Source: a virus
Length of the DNA stretch: 64,000 bases
Reading direction: 5' to 3' (one strand)
IMG/VR virus record: IMGVR_UViG_3300045988_167796
Coordinates: 68,032-132,031 of that record
Shown here: piece by piece, positions 1 to 8,169 of the stretch
Position numbering within the stretch: position 1 is the stretch's first letter
Layout: every line of letters begins with the position of its first letter
Translations under genes and position numbers: made by a program
Notes under the pieces: generated by a model
What the model saw: the letters and a program-made list of their open reading frames with translations, nothing else
Database searches by the model: none
What the model was told of the DNA's origin: nothing

Positions 1-99
1 ATGGTATGCATCTAAAGTTAGTTATCGAACATATATGATAACAAATATAACTGGTTTTATTTTGATAATTGCTGCTTTTATTTATGTAATTTTAGTGAA

Positions 100-720
100 A
101 TGACGAAGATAAATTTTAAAAATGGTAGTTGCATAGAAGAAGTACGTGCAGATTCAAAACTAGTAAGAGGTAAAAGAGCTTTGCTTTATCCTATTGTATT
201 TGAATACGAAAAAGCTAATCCGGAAGAGGTAAATGAAATTATGGAAGCAGATATTAAAGAACTTGAAAAACAGAAGGAAGAATTAGAGTTAAAAATTAAA
301 GAGTATTATAAAGATGAAGAAGGTGCGCGAGTAAAGAGATATGAAGAGGAATATGCTGGTAAGTGCTTTAAGATTACTGACGGAAATGAAACAGTGTATA
401 TGAAATGTCTGAGTGGTTTATCGTGCAATACATATTGTTTTATGCATTGTATGAGATTTGTTTTACCAATTAACGTTGGATTTAAACGAGCGCTTACTAT
501 AAATAGAGATACTAAATATAATTATGTTTTTGATGACAACTTGTTATGCTTTGATGAAATGACAATTAAAACTTCGTCGTCATTTAGTATCAATAATATA
601 AAATACGCAGAAGAAATTCCTGTAGAAGAATTTGAAGCAGCTTTAAAAGAATATGGAAGACAATTAATTGAAGTATCCAGAGACGATTATACGATGAATG
701 GTAAGTATTTTAAGGAGTAA
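100..720 (+). CDS. hypothetical early protein (Cys-containing, no recognised domain)
   Basis: ORF track; co-oriented tightly packed early operon. Confidence 0.35.
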   Translation: MTKINFKNGSCIEEVRADSKLVRGKRALLYPIVFEYEKANPEEVNEIMEADIKELEKQKEELELKIKEYYKDEEGARVKRYEEEYAGKCFKITDGNETVYMKCLSGLSCNTYCFMHCMRFVLPINVGFKRALTINRDTKYNYVFDDNLLCFDEMTIKTSSSFSINNIKYAEEIPVEEFEAALKEYGRQLIEVSRDDYTMNGKYFKE

Positions 721-722
721 AT

Positions 723-923
723 ATGAGTCTCGACAAAGCAATAGAACACGGAAAAGAAAAGAGAAAACCATATATAGGCGCAAAAGCTAGAGATTGTACT
801 TGTAGGAATCATGGTAGTTGCGAATGGTGTAGAGGAAATCGGTTACATCAACAAATACGAGCTGACGAAGTAAGTAGACAGGAGTTGGAGGATTATTATG
901 ACAGTCAGAGAATTAGTAAATGA
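723..923 (+). CDS. hypothetical small Cys-rich protein
   Basis: ORF starts 3 nt after previous stop; CxC...CxxC pattern. Confidence 0.3.
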   Translation: MSLDKAIEHGKEKRKPYIGAKARDCTCRNHGSCEWCRGNRLHQQIRADEVSRQELEDYYDSQRISK

Positions 924-1275
924 ATTAACTAGACATTCTATTGATTGGGACTTAGAAGTACATGTTTGTATTACTGATAATATAGTTAAAAGTGGCGAAC
1001 CAACACAATGGGAAGACGTTAAAATAGACGCATGTGATTTATTTAATCCAACATGGTATGAAGGAAAAAGAAGATGTCATTTGGTTCTTGAGAGAATAGA
1101 TAAAAAGAAGAATATGGATAAACATAAGATTATCAAAAAATTAGACAGGCTTAAAGAAGATAATCCAAACCAGATTATATCTATTGAAACACCAAATAGA
1201 TGTGTTGAATGTAAAATTGGTGATGCTAACATTTACGAAGGATGTAATGGAGAGATTGTAATTGATAGCGAGTAA
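898..1275 (+). CDS. hypothetical protein
   Basis: ORF track; overlaps previous stop (operon coupling). Confidence 0.3.
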   Translation: MTVRELVNELTRHSIDWDLEVHVCITDNIVKSGEPTQWEDVKIDACDLFNPTWYEGKRRCHLVLERIDKKKNMDKHKIIKKLDRLKEDNPNQIISIETPNRCVECKIGDANIYEGCNGEIVIDSE

Positions 1276-1437
1276 AGAAATTTTGTATAAAAAGTATAAA
1301 TATGGGAAAAGCAAAAAGAAAACAAAGACCACAACCTCCTTGGTGGTGGAATTTAGACAATGACAATTGTTGGTTCTGTAAAAATAGGAATAATTGTAAT
1401 CAATGTAAACTATTAAAGGAGTTCAAACGAAAGAAAC

Positions 1438-1800
1438 GTGAATAATATAGAAGATATCAGAACTTATATGGGTGGAGATAATGAAGATGTTCCGGTTTAT
1501 CAACCTGCGGTGGATCATCTTCAATATTTAATAGATAATTGCGAAAAATATAATCTCCCATTACCAGAGATCTTCCCATGGATAGGCGGGAATGGTGTAC
1601 AAGCAGAGTGGGAATATAATAATGATTGGTATATAGAGATTGATAGTTCGTCTAATGGAATCATCGGATTATTTTTAAAAGATAGACATAATAACGGATA
1701 TGACGATACTATTTCATGTAGGTTTAATACTATAAAAGATGCTTTTCTTTTAGTAAAGGTATTTTTAGAAAGCGTGGTAAATAAAAATGTTTGCAAATAA
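1438..1800 (+). CDS. hypothetical protein
   Basis: ORF track. Confidence 0.3.
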   Translation: MNNIEDIRTYMGGDNEDVPVYQPAVDHLQYLIDNCEKYNLPLPEIFPWIGGNGVQAEWEYNNDWYIEIDSSSNGIIGLFLKDRHNNGYDDTISCRFNTIKDAFLLVKVFLESVVNKNVCK

Positions 1801-2044
1801 TATAGATGAAGCTTTAGAGCTTATTAAAAAAGAAAACAATCGTAATGAACATATAATTAATAGGTTAAGAGAAGATTTTCGGAAACTAAGAGACGAATAT
1901 GATAAAGACGAAGAGATTCAGGAAATGAAAGCCGAAGTAAAACATATACGTGCTGATCTTAACAGAGGATTTCCTATTTCTGAAGAAGAAGAAAAAAAAT
2001 TGAAGAATGGCAGAAAAAGCATGATAAAGAAGTACATGGATTAA
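1787..2044 (+). CDS. hypothetical charged coiled-coil protein
   Basis: ORF overlaps upstream stop by 14 nt; K/E-rich. Confidence 0.3.
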   Translation: MFANNIDEALELIKKENNRNEHIINRLREDFRKLRDEYDKDEEIQEMKAEVKHIRADLNRGFPISEEEEKKLKNGRKSMIKKYMD

Positions 2045-2193
2045 ATACATTAGAAAAGAAAATTGCTGCCGGAGGATGCATAGGCGGTCGATATTCTTAT
2101 CATTTCATACCTACAAGTATTGGGACAGTTGGAAAGTGTAGATGTAGTTGCGGAGCAGAATTTGTGTTCCAGGATTTGTAAGGAGATATAATT

Positions 2194-2415
2194 ATGATCA
2201 AAACAACAGTTACTAAAACAATAGAGAAATATGATGAAGATGGTAATCTTATTGAGAAAACAACCAGAACAGAAACAGCTGAGGATGATGAAACAAGATA
2301 TCCGGTGTATTCAAATGTTACTCCTGCATCACCTAATCCTAATACAACTCCTTGGTGGCAGCAACTATGGTGTACGACTACATGTACAAATGGAAATAAT
2401 GTAACACTACCATAA
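2194..2415 (+). CDS. hypothetical protein
   Basis: ORF with GGAG-like RBS (aggagatataattATG). Confidence 0.3.
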   Translation: MIKTTVTKTIEKYDEDGNLIEKTTRTETAEDDETRYPVYSNVTPASPNPNTTPWWQQLWCTTTCTNGNNVTLP

Positions 2416-2455
2416 GACATATGAGCTTAAAACTATCTCATAGGAGAAGTACTAA

Positions 2456-2677
2456 ATGATAAGATATCTGATTGAGTGGTATGAAGCTATGTATGATGAA
2501 AGAGATGATCAATGGTTCCTCATGCCGGTTGGTGAAATACATAGAGAAGTTTTTGAAGATGAATGTGAGTTTAATAAAAGACTTACTGAATTAGGAAATT
2601 ATAAAAATGGTTATATTGAAGATGTAATCATAGATGGAATTTATACATGTGAATTGCATAGAGTTACAAGTAGATAA
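2456..2677 (+). CDS. hypothetical protein
   Basis: ORF with RBS ggagaagtactaaATG. Confidence 0.3.
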   Translation: MIRYLIEWYEAMYDERDDQWFLMPVGEIHREVFEDECEFNKRLTELGNYKNGYIEDVIIDGIYTCELHRVTSR

Positions 2678-2696
2678 TTATTAGTTAGGAGAAATT

Positions 2697-3194
2697 ATGG
2701 AATTAAAAGATTTGAGCAAAATTAAATACATTTATAAAATATATGAGTCCGTAGATAACGTAGATAATGTTCTACATTTAGAAAAATATCCGGTTATTTA
2801 TATAAATAGTGAAATGTTATATTTTAAGGTGCACGGAAGTAAAATGCTTCATAGTATTTATTTAAGTAGCATCTTAGATAGTTATACTGAATATAAAAAA
2901 CATTTTTGGTCAAAATTTTTCTTTGGTATTTCAACAGATATAAATGATATATTTGAAGATTTAAAGAAACAACAATCTAAATATAAGCTAAAACAAGAAA
3001 AAGATAAATATGAAAAAGCATTGAATGAATTAAAAAAACTATATGAACAATCAATCAAACAGTTAGACACAGTGAAGAAATTACGTGAAGAAGTAGATAA
3101 GATTAATAATGATGAAGTGGATGCAGAAATAGAAAAATATGGCAAACTATTTGATGAAATACAAAGGTGTTTACAGAGTAAAAGCGAATATTGA
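2697..3194 (+). CDS. hypothetical coiled-coil protein
   Basis: RBS aggagaaattATG; K/E-rich C-terminal half. Confidence 0.35.
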   Translation: MELKDLSKIKYIYKIYESVDNVDNVLHLEKYPVIYINSEMLYFKVHGSKMLHSIYLSSILDSYTEYKKHFWSKFFFGISTDINDIFEDLKKQQSKYKLKQEKDKYEKALNELKKLYEQSIKQLDTVKKLREEVDKINNDEVDAEIEKYGKLFDEIQRCLQSKSEY

Positions 3195-3852
3195 TGAAAC
3201 AACAAATGACTTTCCAAGAAATAAATCTGGCTCTATAGAAACAGATGATTTATACATAAAATGTGCTTATGGAAATCAGATTTATCATTACGGTAGATCA
3301 ATTTTAGTTGCATATATTCCTTCAATTGGAAGGGGCCATAACATTTTAAGAGGACTTGCAGAAGAACTTTGTGGGATTGAGAATTCTAAAGAAAATGATG
3401 CTGTAAAAATACCATTCGAAGAATTATATGGCGCGCTTTTAAAAGAAGGAACAATAAAAGATATTAAAGAATATGATGAAGAAATTGAGTTCAAATTTAA
3501 TGCAAAAGATATTGAATTAATAGCAAAATATTTGAAACCACAGACTGGTGGGGCAGATATCAGTCCGTTCTCTACAAAGAACCTGCCGAAACAAAATTAT
3601 GTGATACCAGACTCGGATTTATCATCATATCAAGATACGATTAAAGATGTTGCGAAAGAGGATATCTTGGTTATCTCTCATATTACACGCAGTTTTATTT
3701 CTAATAAACTCGCTAAAAGTAAGCTGTATAAGTCGAAAGATATAAAGGCTGAGATGCGTAAAAGTATGTTAAAAGGTAAGGAATTTATTCATTATAGTGG
3801 GTACTGGAAACAATATTTAGATTATTTAAAAAAAGAATTACATAAGGAGTAA
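3139..3852 (+). CDS. hypothetical protein (true start probably downstream of 3139)
   Basis: ORF overlaps previous ORF by 56 nt in another frame. Confidence 0.35.
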   Translation: MANYLMKYKGVYRVKANIDETTNDFPRNKSGSIETDDLYIKCAYGNQIYHYGRSILVAYIPSIGRGHNILRGLAEELCGIENSKENDAVKIPFEELYGALLKEGTIKDIKEYDEEIEFKFNAKDIELIAKYLKPQTGGADISPFSTKNLPKQNYVIPDSDLSSYQDTIKDVAKEDILVISHITRSFISNKLAKSKLYKSKDIKAEMRKSMLKGKEFIHYSGYWKQYLDYLKKELHKE

Positions 3853-3858
3853 AAAATT

Positions 3859-4410
3859 ATGGCAAAAAGAGTAGCTAAGTTTGAAAAAGTAAGTTTTGAA
3901 CAGTTTAAGAAAGATTGGGAAGATACATATAATAATCCGAACTTATTGACAGATGAAAGTATTAATGACGCTTATTCTGTTGTTCTTCCAGAAAGAGCGA
4001 CAAAGTTTTCTGCAGGATATGATTTCTATTCACCGTTAGATTTTTCTCTTGAACCTGGAGAATCAATTAAAATACCAACAGGAATAAGGTGCGGAATAAA
4101 TACAGACTATGTTTTAATGTTGTATGTGAGAAGTAATGTTGGTTTTAAGTATAAAGTTGTACTTGCAAATGGTACTGGTATAATTGATTCTGATTATTAT
4201 AGTTCTGATAATGAAGGACATATTTTTATTAAACTTGTAAATAATGGAAATGTCCATTTTTATGTAAAAAAAGGTGAAGCTATCTGTCAGGGAGTATTTT
4301 TAGAGTATGGTATTACAGAGGATGACTGTGTAGAAACAACAAGAAATGGTGGATTAGGATCTACAAACGCTATAGATGAGTCAAGTACAGAAGGTGTAAC
4401 AAATGAATAA
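3859..4410 (+). CDS. dut: dUTP diphosphatase (trimeric dUTPase)
   Basis: motifs SAGYDFY, RSN(S), GTGIIDSDY, RNGGLGST typical of dUTPase motifs I-V; RBS aaggag. Confidence 0.8.
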   Translation: MAKRVAKFEKVSFEQFKKDWEDTYNNPNLLTDESINDAYSVVLPERATKFSAGYDFYSPLDFSLEPGESIKIPTGIRCGINTDYVLMLYVRSNVGFKYKVVLANGTGIIDSDYYSSDNEGHIFIKLVNNGNVHFYVKKGEAICQGVFLEYGITEDDCVETTRNGGLGSTNAIDESSTEGVTNE

Positions 4411-4660
4411 TGTTTCATACTATTTCTGTGATTTAAAAACAAAAGATATTACATGTCCAAAAATGCATGAATGTAAACGGTACGAGCCTATCAAGGACGT
4501 ACCGTATGACAAATATAGCGAACTTGGTTTTGCAAAACTGCATAATATATGCAATGATGATAATGGATATAAGATGTTTTTGAAGATGGACAAAACATAT
4601 GATCATAATCTGGAGGAAGATAATATTGAACAAAATGTTAGTAAAACTGAGCACGATTGA
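4403..4660 (+). CDS. hypothetical protein
   Basis: ORF overlapping dut stop. Confidence 0.3.
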   Translation: MNNVSYYFCDLKTKDITCPKMHECKRYEPIKDVPYDKYSELGFAKLHNICNDDNGYKMFLKMDKTYDHNLEEDNIEQNVSKTEHD

Positions 4661-4871
4661 AAATGCAAAAGAGTTTTGTGAAATTGTAAGCAGTGAACAA
4701 TATCGTGATGTTGATATAGATCTATCATGCGGAAGATATGTCATAGATGCTAAATCTATTCTAGGTATTTTAAGTATGGATATAACAAAGAAAATGACGG
4801 TAACGTTTCATGGTGATGGATTTCAGAGAAGAAAAGAATTTTTTGAGAAGTTAAATAAATGGAAGATTTAA
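4599..4871 (+). CDS. hypothetical protein
   Basis: ORF track; last gene before terminator. Confidence 0.3.
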   Translation: MIIIWRKIILNKMLVKLSTIENAKEFCEIVSSEQYRDVDIDLSCGRYVIDAKSILGILSMDITKKMTVTFHGDGFQRRKEFFEKLNKWKI

Positions 4872-4897
4872 AGGAGAGTGCAAGCTCTCCTTTTATA
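4871..4897 (+). terminator. rho-independent terminator closing early operon
   Basis: aaggagag-tgcaag-ctctcctt stem-loop followed by TTTTAT. Confidence 0.5.
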
Positions 4898-4940
4898 GGA
4901 AGATGGTGTATATAATATAGACATAAATAATAATGATGTA

Positions 4941-6149
4941 TTGAAATTTGCAGTTGATAAAGGTATAATAAATTTATCATACGTGCAAGAACAAATTGAA
5001 ATGAATAAAAGAAAAGAATACTTAGATCAGCATATGTATTCAATTAGTCAAGGAAAGGACGGGAAGTGGAGAACGTATCTCCCGGATGATGAGCACGGGA
5101 GAAAGATGATAAAACGAGTAAATAAAAAAGATATAGAAGATATTGTTATTGAGTATTACAAAAATAAGGAAGTAAAAAAAATACCAGAAACATTTGATAA
5201 TGTTTATCATCATTGGAGAAAGGTGCAGGACGTATTAGTATCAGATAATACAATTGCAAAATACAATACAGATTATAAAAGGTATTTTTTAAATTCAGAT
5301 TTTTCTCAAAAACAAATAGAAAATATATCAGAAGAAGACATTAAAGTTTTTATTTGCAATACAGTGAAATCATTAAAACTATGTAAAAAAGCATGTAAAA
5401 CTTTGTTTGGATATGTTCATAATGTAATGAATAGTGCTATAATCAATAAAATAATCAAAGAAGATCCTACAAAGTTTTTAACAGCAAAACAATTTTATAA
5501 ATATTGTACATCAAATATAAAACCAGCAGAAACACGAATTGTATCTGATGAAGATATGAGTAAATTGTACAGACAGTTTAAAGATGACTATTTCAAACAT
5601 CCAAATTATATTCCTACATATGCCGTTCATCTCGCAACATTAACAGGAATGAGAGTAGGAGAGATCTCTGCTCTTACATGGGATTGTATTACTGACAAAT
5701 ATATAATCATTAACAAGTCTGAAAAATATAATCGTATAACGAAAGAATATTTTATTGATAAAACAAAAAATGGTAAAGAAAGAGTATTTCCTATTACTAA
5801 TGAAATAAAGTGCATTCTAGAAAAAGTAAAAAAAGTAGAAATACAGAACGATTATATTTGTGAGTGGGTGTTTGCTAATGAAAATGGAAGAATTCATGCC
5901 CCGGTCATTTCATCTTGTTCAAAGAATAAGTGTAGACAAATAGGCATAACAGAAAAAGGAATACATGCATATCGAAGAACGATCAATTCAAAAATGAGAT
6001 GCGAAGGAGTATCTGCTGTTGTAGCTGCTTCAATCTTGGGACATACAGAAGAGGTTAATGATAAATACTATACATTTGATGTCAGTAGTTTAGAAGAAAA
6101 AACAATGATTATATCTCGAATAAACTCTGAGATTGGTATTGCAAGGTAA
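4941..6149 (+). CDS. int: tyrosine recombinase / phage integrase
   Basis: R..GEISALTWDCI box, HAYRRT (HxxR) and C-terminal Y region; adjacent to att-like repeats. Confidence 0.85.
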   Translation: MKFAVDKGIINLSYVQEQIEMNKRKEYLDQHMYSISQGKDGKWRTYLPDDEHGRKMIKRVNKKDIEDIVIEYYKNKEVKKIPETFDNVYHHWRKVQDVLVSDNTIAKYNTDYKRYFLNSDFSQKQIENISEEDIKVFICNTVKSLKLCKKACKTLFGYVHNVMNSAIINKIIKEDPTKFLTAKQFYKYCTSNIKPAETRIVSDEDMSKLYRQFKDDYFKHPNYIPTYAVHLATLTGMRVGEISALTWDCITDKYIIINKSEKYNRITKEYFIDKTKNGKERVFPITNEIKCILEKVKKVEIQNDYICEWVFANENGRIHAPVISSCSKNKCRQIGITEKGIHAYRRTINSKMRCEGVSAVVAASILGHTEEVNDKYYTFDVSSLEEKTMIISRINSEIGIAR

Positions 6150-6207
6150 TCAAAAATAATTAAAAAGGTAATCAAAGGTAATCAAAAGTAATCAGAACAT
6201 TTGTTTC
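6144..6207. repeat. left arm of attP-like site: 3-4 tandem GGTAATCAAA units followed by AACATTTGTT
   Basis: ggtaatcaaa at 6145, 6167, 6177 plus agtaatcaga; mirrors 6331-6375. Confidence 0.55.
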
Positions 6208-6211
6208 CATC

Positions 6212-6238
6212 AAGTCTGGAAACCATTGATTTTACTGG
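6212..6238. repeat. 27-nt imperfect direct repeat copy A (AAGTCTGGAAaCCaTTGATTTTACtGG)
   Basis: repeated at 6290-6316 flanking the tRNA-like core. Confidence 0.5.
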
Positions 6239-6244
6239 TTTCAA

Positions 6245-6290
6245 TCGGGGCAACAGGATTTGAACCTGCGACCTCACGGAGCGCAAATAA
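6245..6290 (-). other. tRNA 3' fragment (variable loop + T-arm GGTCGCAGGTTCAAATCCTG + acceptor 3' strand), probable attP core
   Basis: reverse complement gives GAGGTCGCAGGTTCAAATCCTGTTGCCCCGA, a T-arm like Firmicutes tRNA-Met family; no matching 5' acceptor strand nearby so not a complete tRNA. Confidence 0.55.
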
Positions 6291-6316
6291 AGTCTGGAAC
6301 CCTTGATTTTACAGGC
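6290..6316. repeat. 27-nt imperfect direct repeat copy B
   Basis: AAGTCTGGAAcCCtTTGATTTTACaGG. Confidence 0.5.
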
Positions 6317-6330
6317 TTTTTCAGAGGGCA

Positions 6331-6375
6331 AAATCAAAAGGTAATCAAAAAGGTAATCAAAACATTTGTTCGATT
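6331..6375. repeat. right arm of attP-like site: tandem GGTAATCAAA units followed by AACATTTGTTCG
   Basis: ggtaatcaaa at 6340 and 6352; same order as left arm. Confidence 0.55.
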
Positions 6376-6627
6376 TTTCCATAATTTTATAGGAAAGGAG
6401 TATCTTGCACGTATGATGAAAAAATATTAATTTAAGTCAGTAGTATTTATTGATTTAAATTAGTATTTTTTTACAGTAAAGAAGAAAGAACCAATACCTA
6501 TCAGCGTGCAATAATAGGTATGGCTCAATCCTCAATAATACTTATTCGTCGTTTACAATTATATAATACTACATGATAATATAAAAATCAATTTCTTTCG
6601 TTCGAGATAGTTCGATAAATAATCTCG

Positions 6628-6655
6628 TTTACAACTATACAATTTGTGGTATAAT
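6628..6655 (+). promoter_or_regulatory. sigma-70 promoter (TTTACA-16-TGnTATAAT)
   Basis: near-consensus -35, extended -10. Confidence 0.55.
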
Positions 6656-6685
6656 ATTCCAAAAGGATACAAGGAGGAACCACCA

Positions 6686-6949
6686 ATGCCTAGAGGAAGA
6701 AAACGAGTAGTAGAAATGTCAGCAGCAGACATCAAAGTTAAGATCGAATCTAATACTGATAGAATTGATGAACTTACAAACGAAATCAAAACTCTGAAAT
6801 TAGAAAATAAAAATCTTTTGAAAGATCTGACAGTAGCTGAATCTAAAGAAAAAGAAGAGGCTGCGAAAAGAGAGATAGAAGAGATTGCCGAGATGATTAA
6901 GAATAGCGGTAAGTCTTTTGAAGAAATAAAAGCATTATTAGAAAACTAA
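6686..6949 (+). CDS. small coiled-coil protein (88 aa, MPRGRKRVV...)
   Basis: ATG 8 nt after aaggagg RBS; ORF track lists longer upstream start 6644. Confidence 0.5.
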   Translation: MPRGRKRVVEMSAADIKVKIESNTDRIDELTNEIKTLKLENKNLLKDLTVAESKEKEEAAKREIEEIAEMIKNSGKSFEEIKALLEN

Positions 6950-6953
6950 AAAA

Positions 6954-6988
6954 ATGGGCAGAAGAGTATCAAAAACTCAACTGCCCAT
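6954..6988. terminator. bidirectional hairpin between convergent genes
   Basis: atgggcag...ctgcccat 8-bp stem. Confidence 0.4.
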
Positions 6989-7234
6989 TAATTCGTCTTT
7001 TAATAACCATTCGTCTTCATATGGAATAACTTCTCTTGCGTCGTCTAAGACATGACATCCGATTTTGCATTTTTCGTCTCCGCAAGTACATGCCATTTCA
7101 ACTTTCCTATAATTCCCTGATTGTCCTTCGTATTTTACAGGCCACAATCCATTGTAATGAAGTTTTTCACAGAATCCATATGGATAATCATATTTCTCGT
7201 TCATTGCAGCACCTCCATAAATATAGTATAACAT
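6977..7234 (-). CDS. small Cys-rich protein (CxCx4CxxxC)
   Basis: RBS ggaggtg; own TTGTCA-17-TATACT promoter. Confidence 0.45.
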   Translation of the reverse strand: MLYYIYGGAAMNEKYDYPYGFCEKLHYNGLWPVKYEGQSGNYRKVEMACTCGDEKCKIGCHVLDDAREVIPYEDEWLLKDELMGS

Positions 7235-7300
7235 TTCATTATTTTATTGACAAATAGAACAAATGTTCGTATAATGAAATCAATAAAGAACAAACGTTCT
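7225..7300. promoter_or_regulatory. divergent back-to-back promoters sharing the -35 region, with two GAACAAAYGTTC inverted-repeat operator-like sites
   Basis: plus: TTGACA(7247)-17-TATAAT(7270); minus: TTGTCA/TATACT; operators at 7257-7268 and 7288-7299. Confidence 0.55.
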
Positions 7301-7316
7301 GATTGGAGGTGCTGAC

Positions 7317-7535
7317 ATGATCATTAATAAAAATAGCCAGATAATGTGTGAAAATCGTAATGCTGAATTGCTATTAGAAGGAATCTTTCTTATTGACTCT
7401 GAAGTAGAATTTGAAATCATTGGTGATGAAATAACAGAACACGAAGCTTTACTTGTATACTGTGCAGTAGAAGAACGTGTAAGCTACTCTGACGGACGAA
7501 AAATGATTTATATACCAATTCTTAGTGTAGCGTAA
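7317..7535 (+). CDS. hypothetical protein
   Basis: ggagg RBS, consensus promoter upstream. Confidence 0.4.
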   Translation: MIINKNSQIMCENRNAELLLEGIFLIDSEVEFEIIGDEITEHEALLVYCAVEERVSYSDGRKMIYIPILSVA

Positions 7536-7539
7536 AAAA

Positions 7540-7575
7540 ATGGGATAGAGAGCCGTATAGCTCGTCTATCCCATA
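7540..7575. terminator. bidirectional hairpin terminator
   Basis: tgggataga...tctatccca stem after A-run. Confidence 0.4.
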
Positions 7576-7578
7576 ATG

Positions 7579-8133
7579 TTATTCATCAATTACTTCCCAT
7601 GTTTCTGATTCTGGTTCGCATGTACTATGTACAAAAGAGTTCTTTCCACCAGCTGCTTCATAAGAACGTATTAAATCATTGAAAGATTCCTTGTCCATAG
7701 ATGTCCATTTTTGCTCTTTATGATAAAATCTATATGACTGAGAAATTCTATCTTTAATTTTTGCTCTATCTTTAGAATCATTCTTTTCTTGCATATCTTG
7801 TATTGTAACAACTAAACCATTCACAATATTTTTAATGTCAATAAGAGAACTTTCTATGCTTTCCTGCTTTTCAGTCAACTGTTTTTGAATATCAAAAGAT
7901 TGTTCCCTGTCATGAACACGATTAGTTTTGAATTCGTCAATTTCTTTTTGCATATTATCTAATCGTTCTGTCAGTTTCTCTTTTTCAATACTTTTATTTG
8001 TTCTAAGACCAAGCGCCACGAGCACTTTTCCACCTAATTCTTTAGCTCCTATGATAATAAGAGCAGCCAAAATAATGCATATCAAAAACGTACTAAAACC
8101 TATTTCATTCACTCTATTAATATACTCTATCAT
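7579..8133 (-). CDS. putative holin or lysis-associated membrane protein (single N-terminal TM + coiled coil)
   Basis: hydrophobic segment FSTFLICIILAALIIIG; directly downstream of endolysin. Confidence 0.3.
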   Translation of the reverse strand: MIEYINRVNEIGFSTFLICIILAALIIIGAKELGGKVLVALGLRTNKSIEKEKLTERLDNMQKEIDEFKTNRVHDREQSFDIQKQLTEKQESIESSLIDIKNIVNGLVVTIQDMQEKNDSKDRAKIKDRISQSYRFYHKEQKWTSMDKESFNDLIRSYEAAGGKNSFVHSTCEPESETWEVIDE

Positions 8134-8169
8134 ACCCTCAATCGCATCCCTTCTCTCTTATATTATTTA

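Noticed and set aside
2100-2420. 106-aa minus-strand ORF
   Set aside because: Antisense to the RBS-bearing plus ORF 2194..2415, in a region where all genes are plus-oriented; low-complexity S/V-rich product.
6245-6330. Complete tRNA gene
   Set aside because: Only the variable loop, T-arm and acceptor 3' strand are recognisable. No complementary 5' acceptor strand (needs CGGGGCA) within 120 nt, so treated as a partial tRNA / att core.
6144-6375. Possible CRISPR array (short GGTAATCAAA repeats)
   Set aside because: Repeat unit is only 10 nt, tandem without spacers, and symmetrically flanks a tRNA-like core. Fits recombinase arm sites, not CRISPR.
6182-6382. 66-aa minus-strand ORF spanning the att region
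   Set aside because: Overlaps the tRNA fragment and repeat arrays; low-complexity translation, no RBS; almost certainly spurious.
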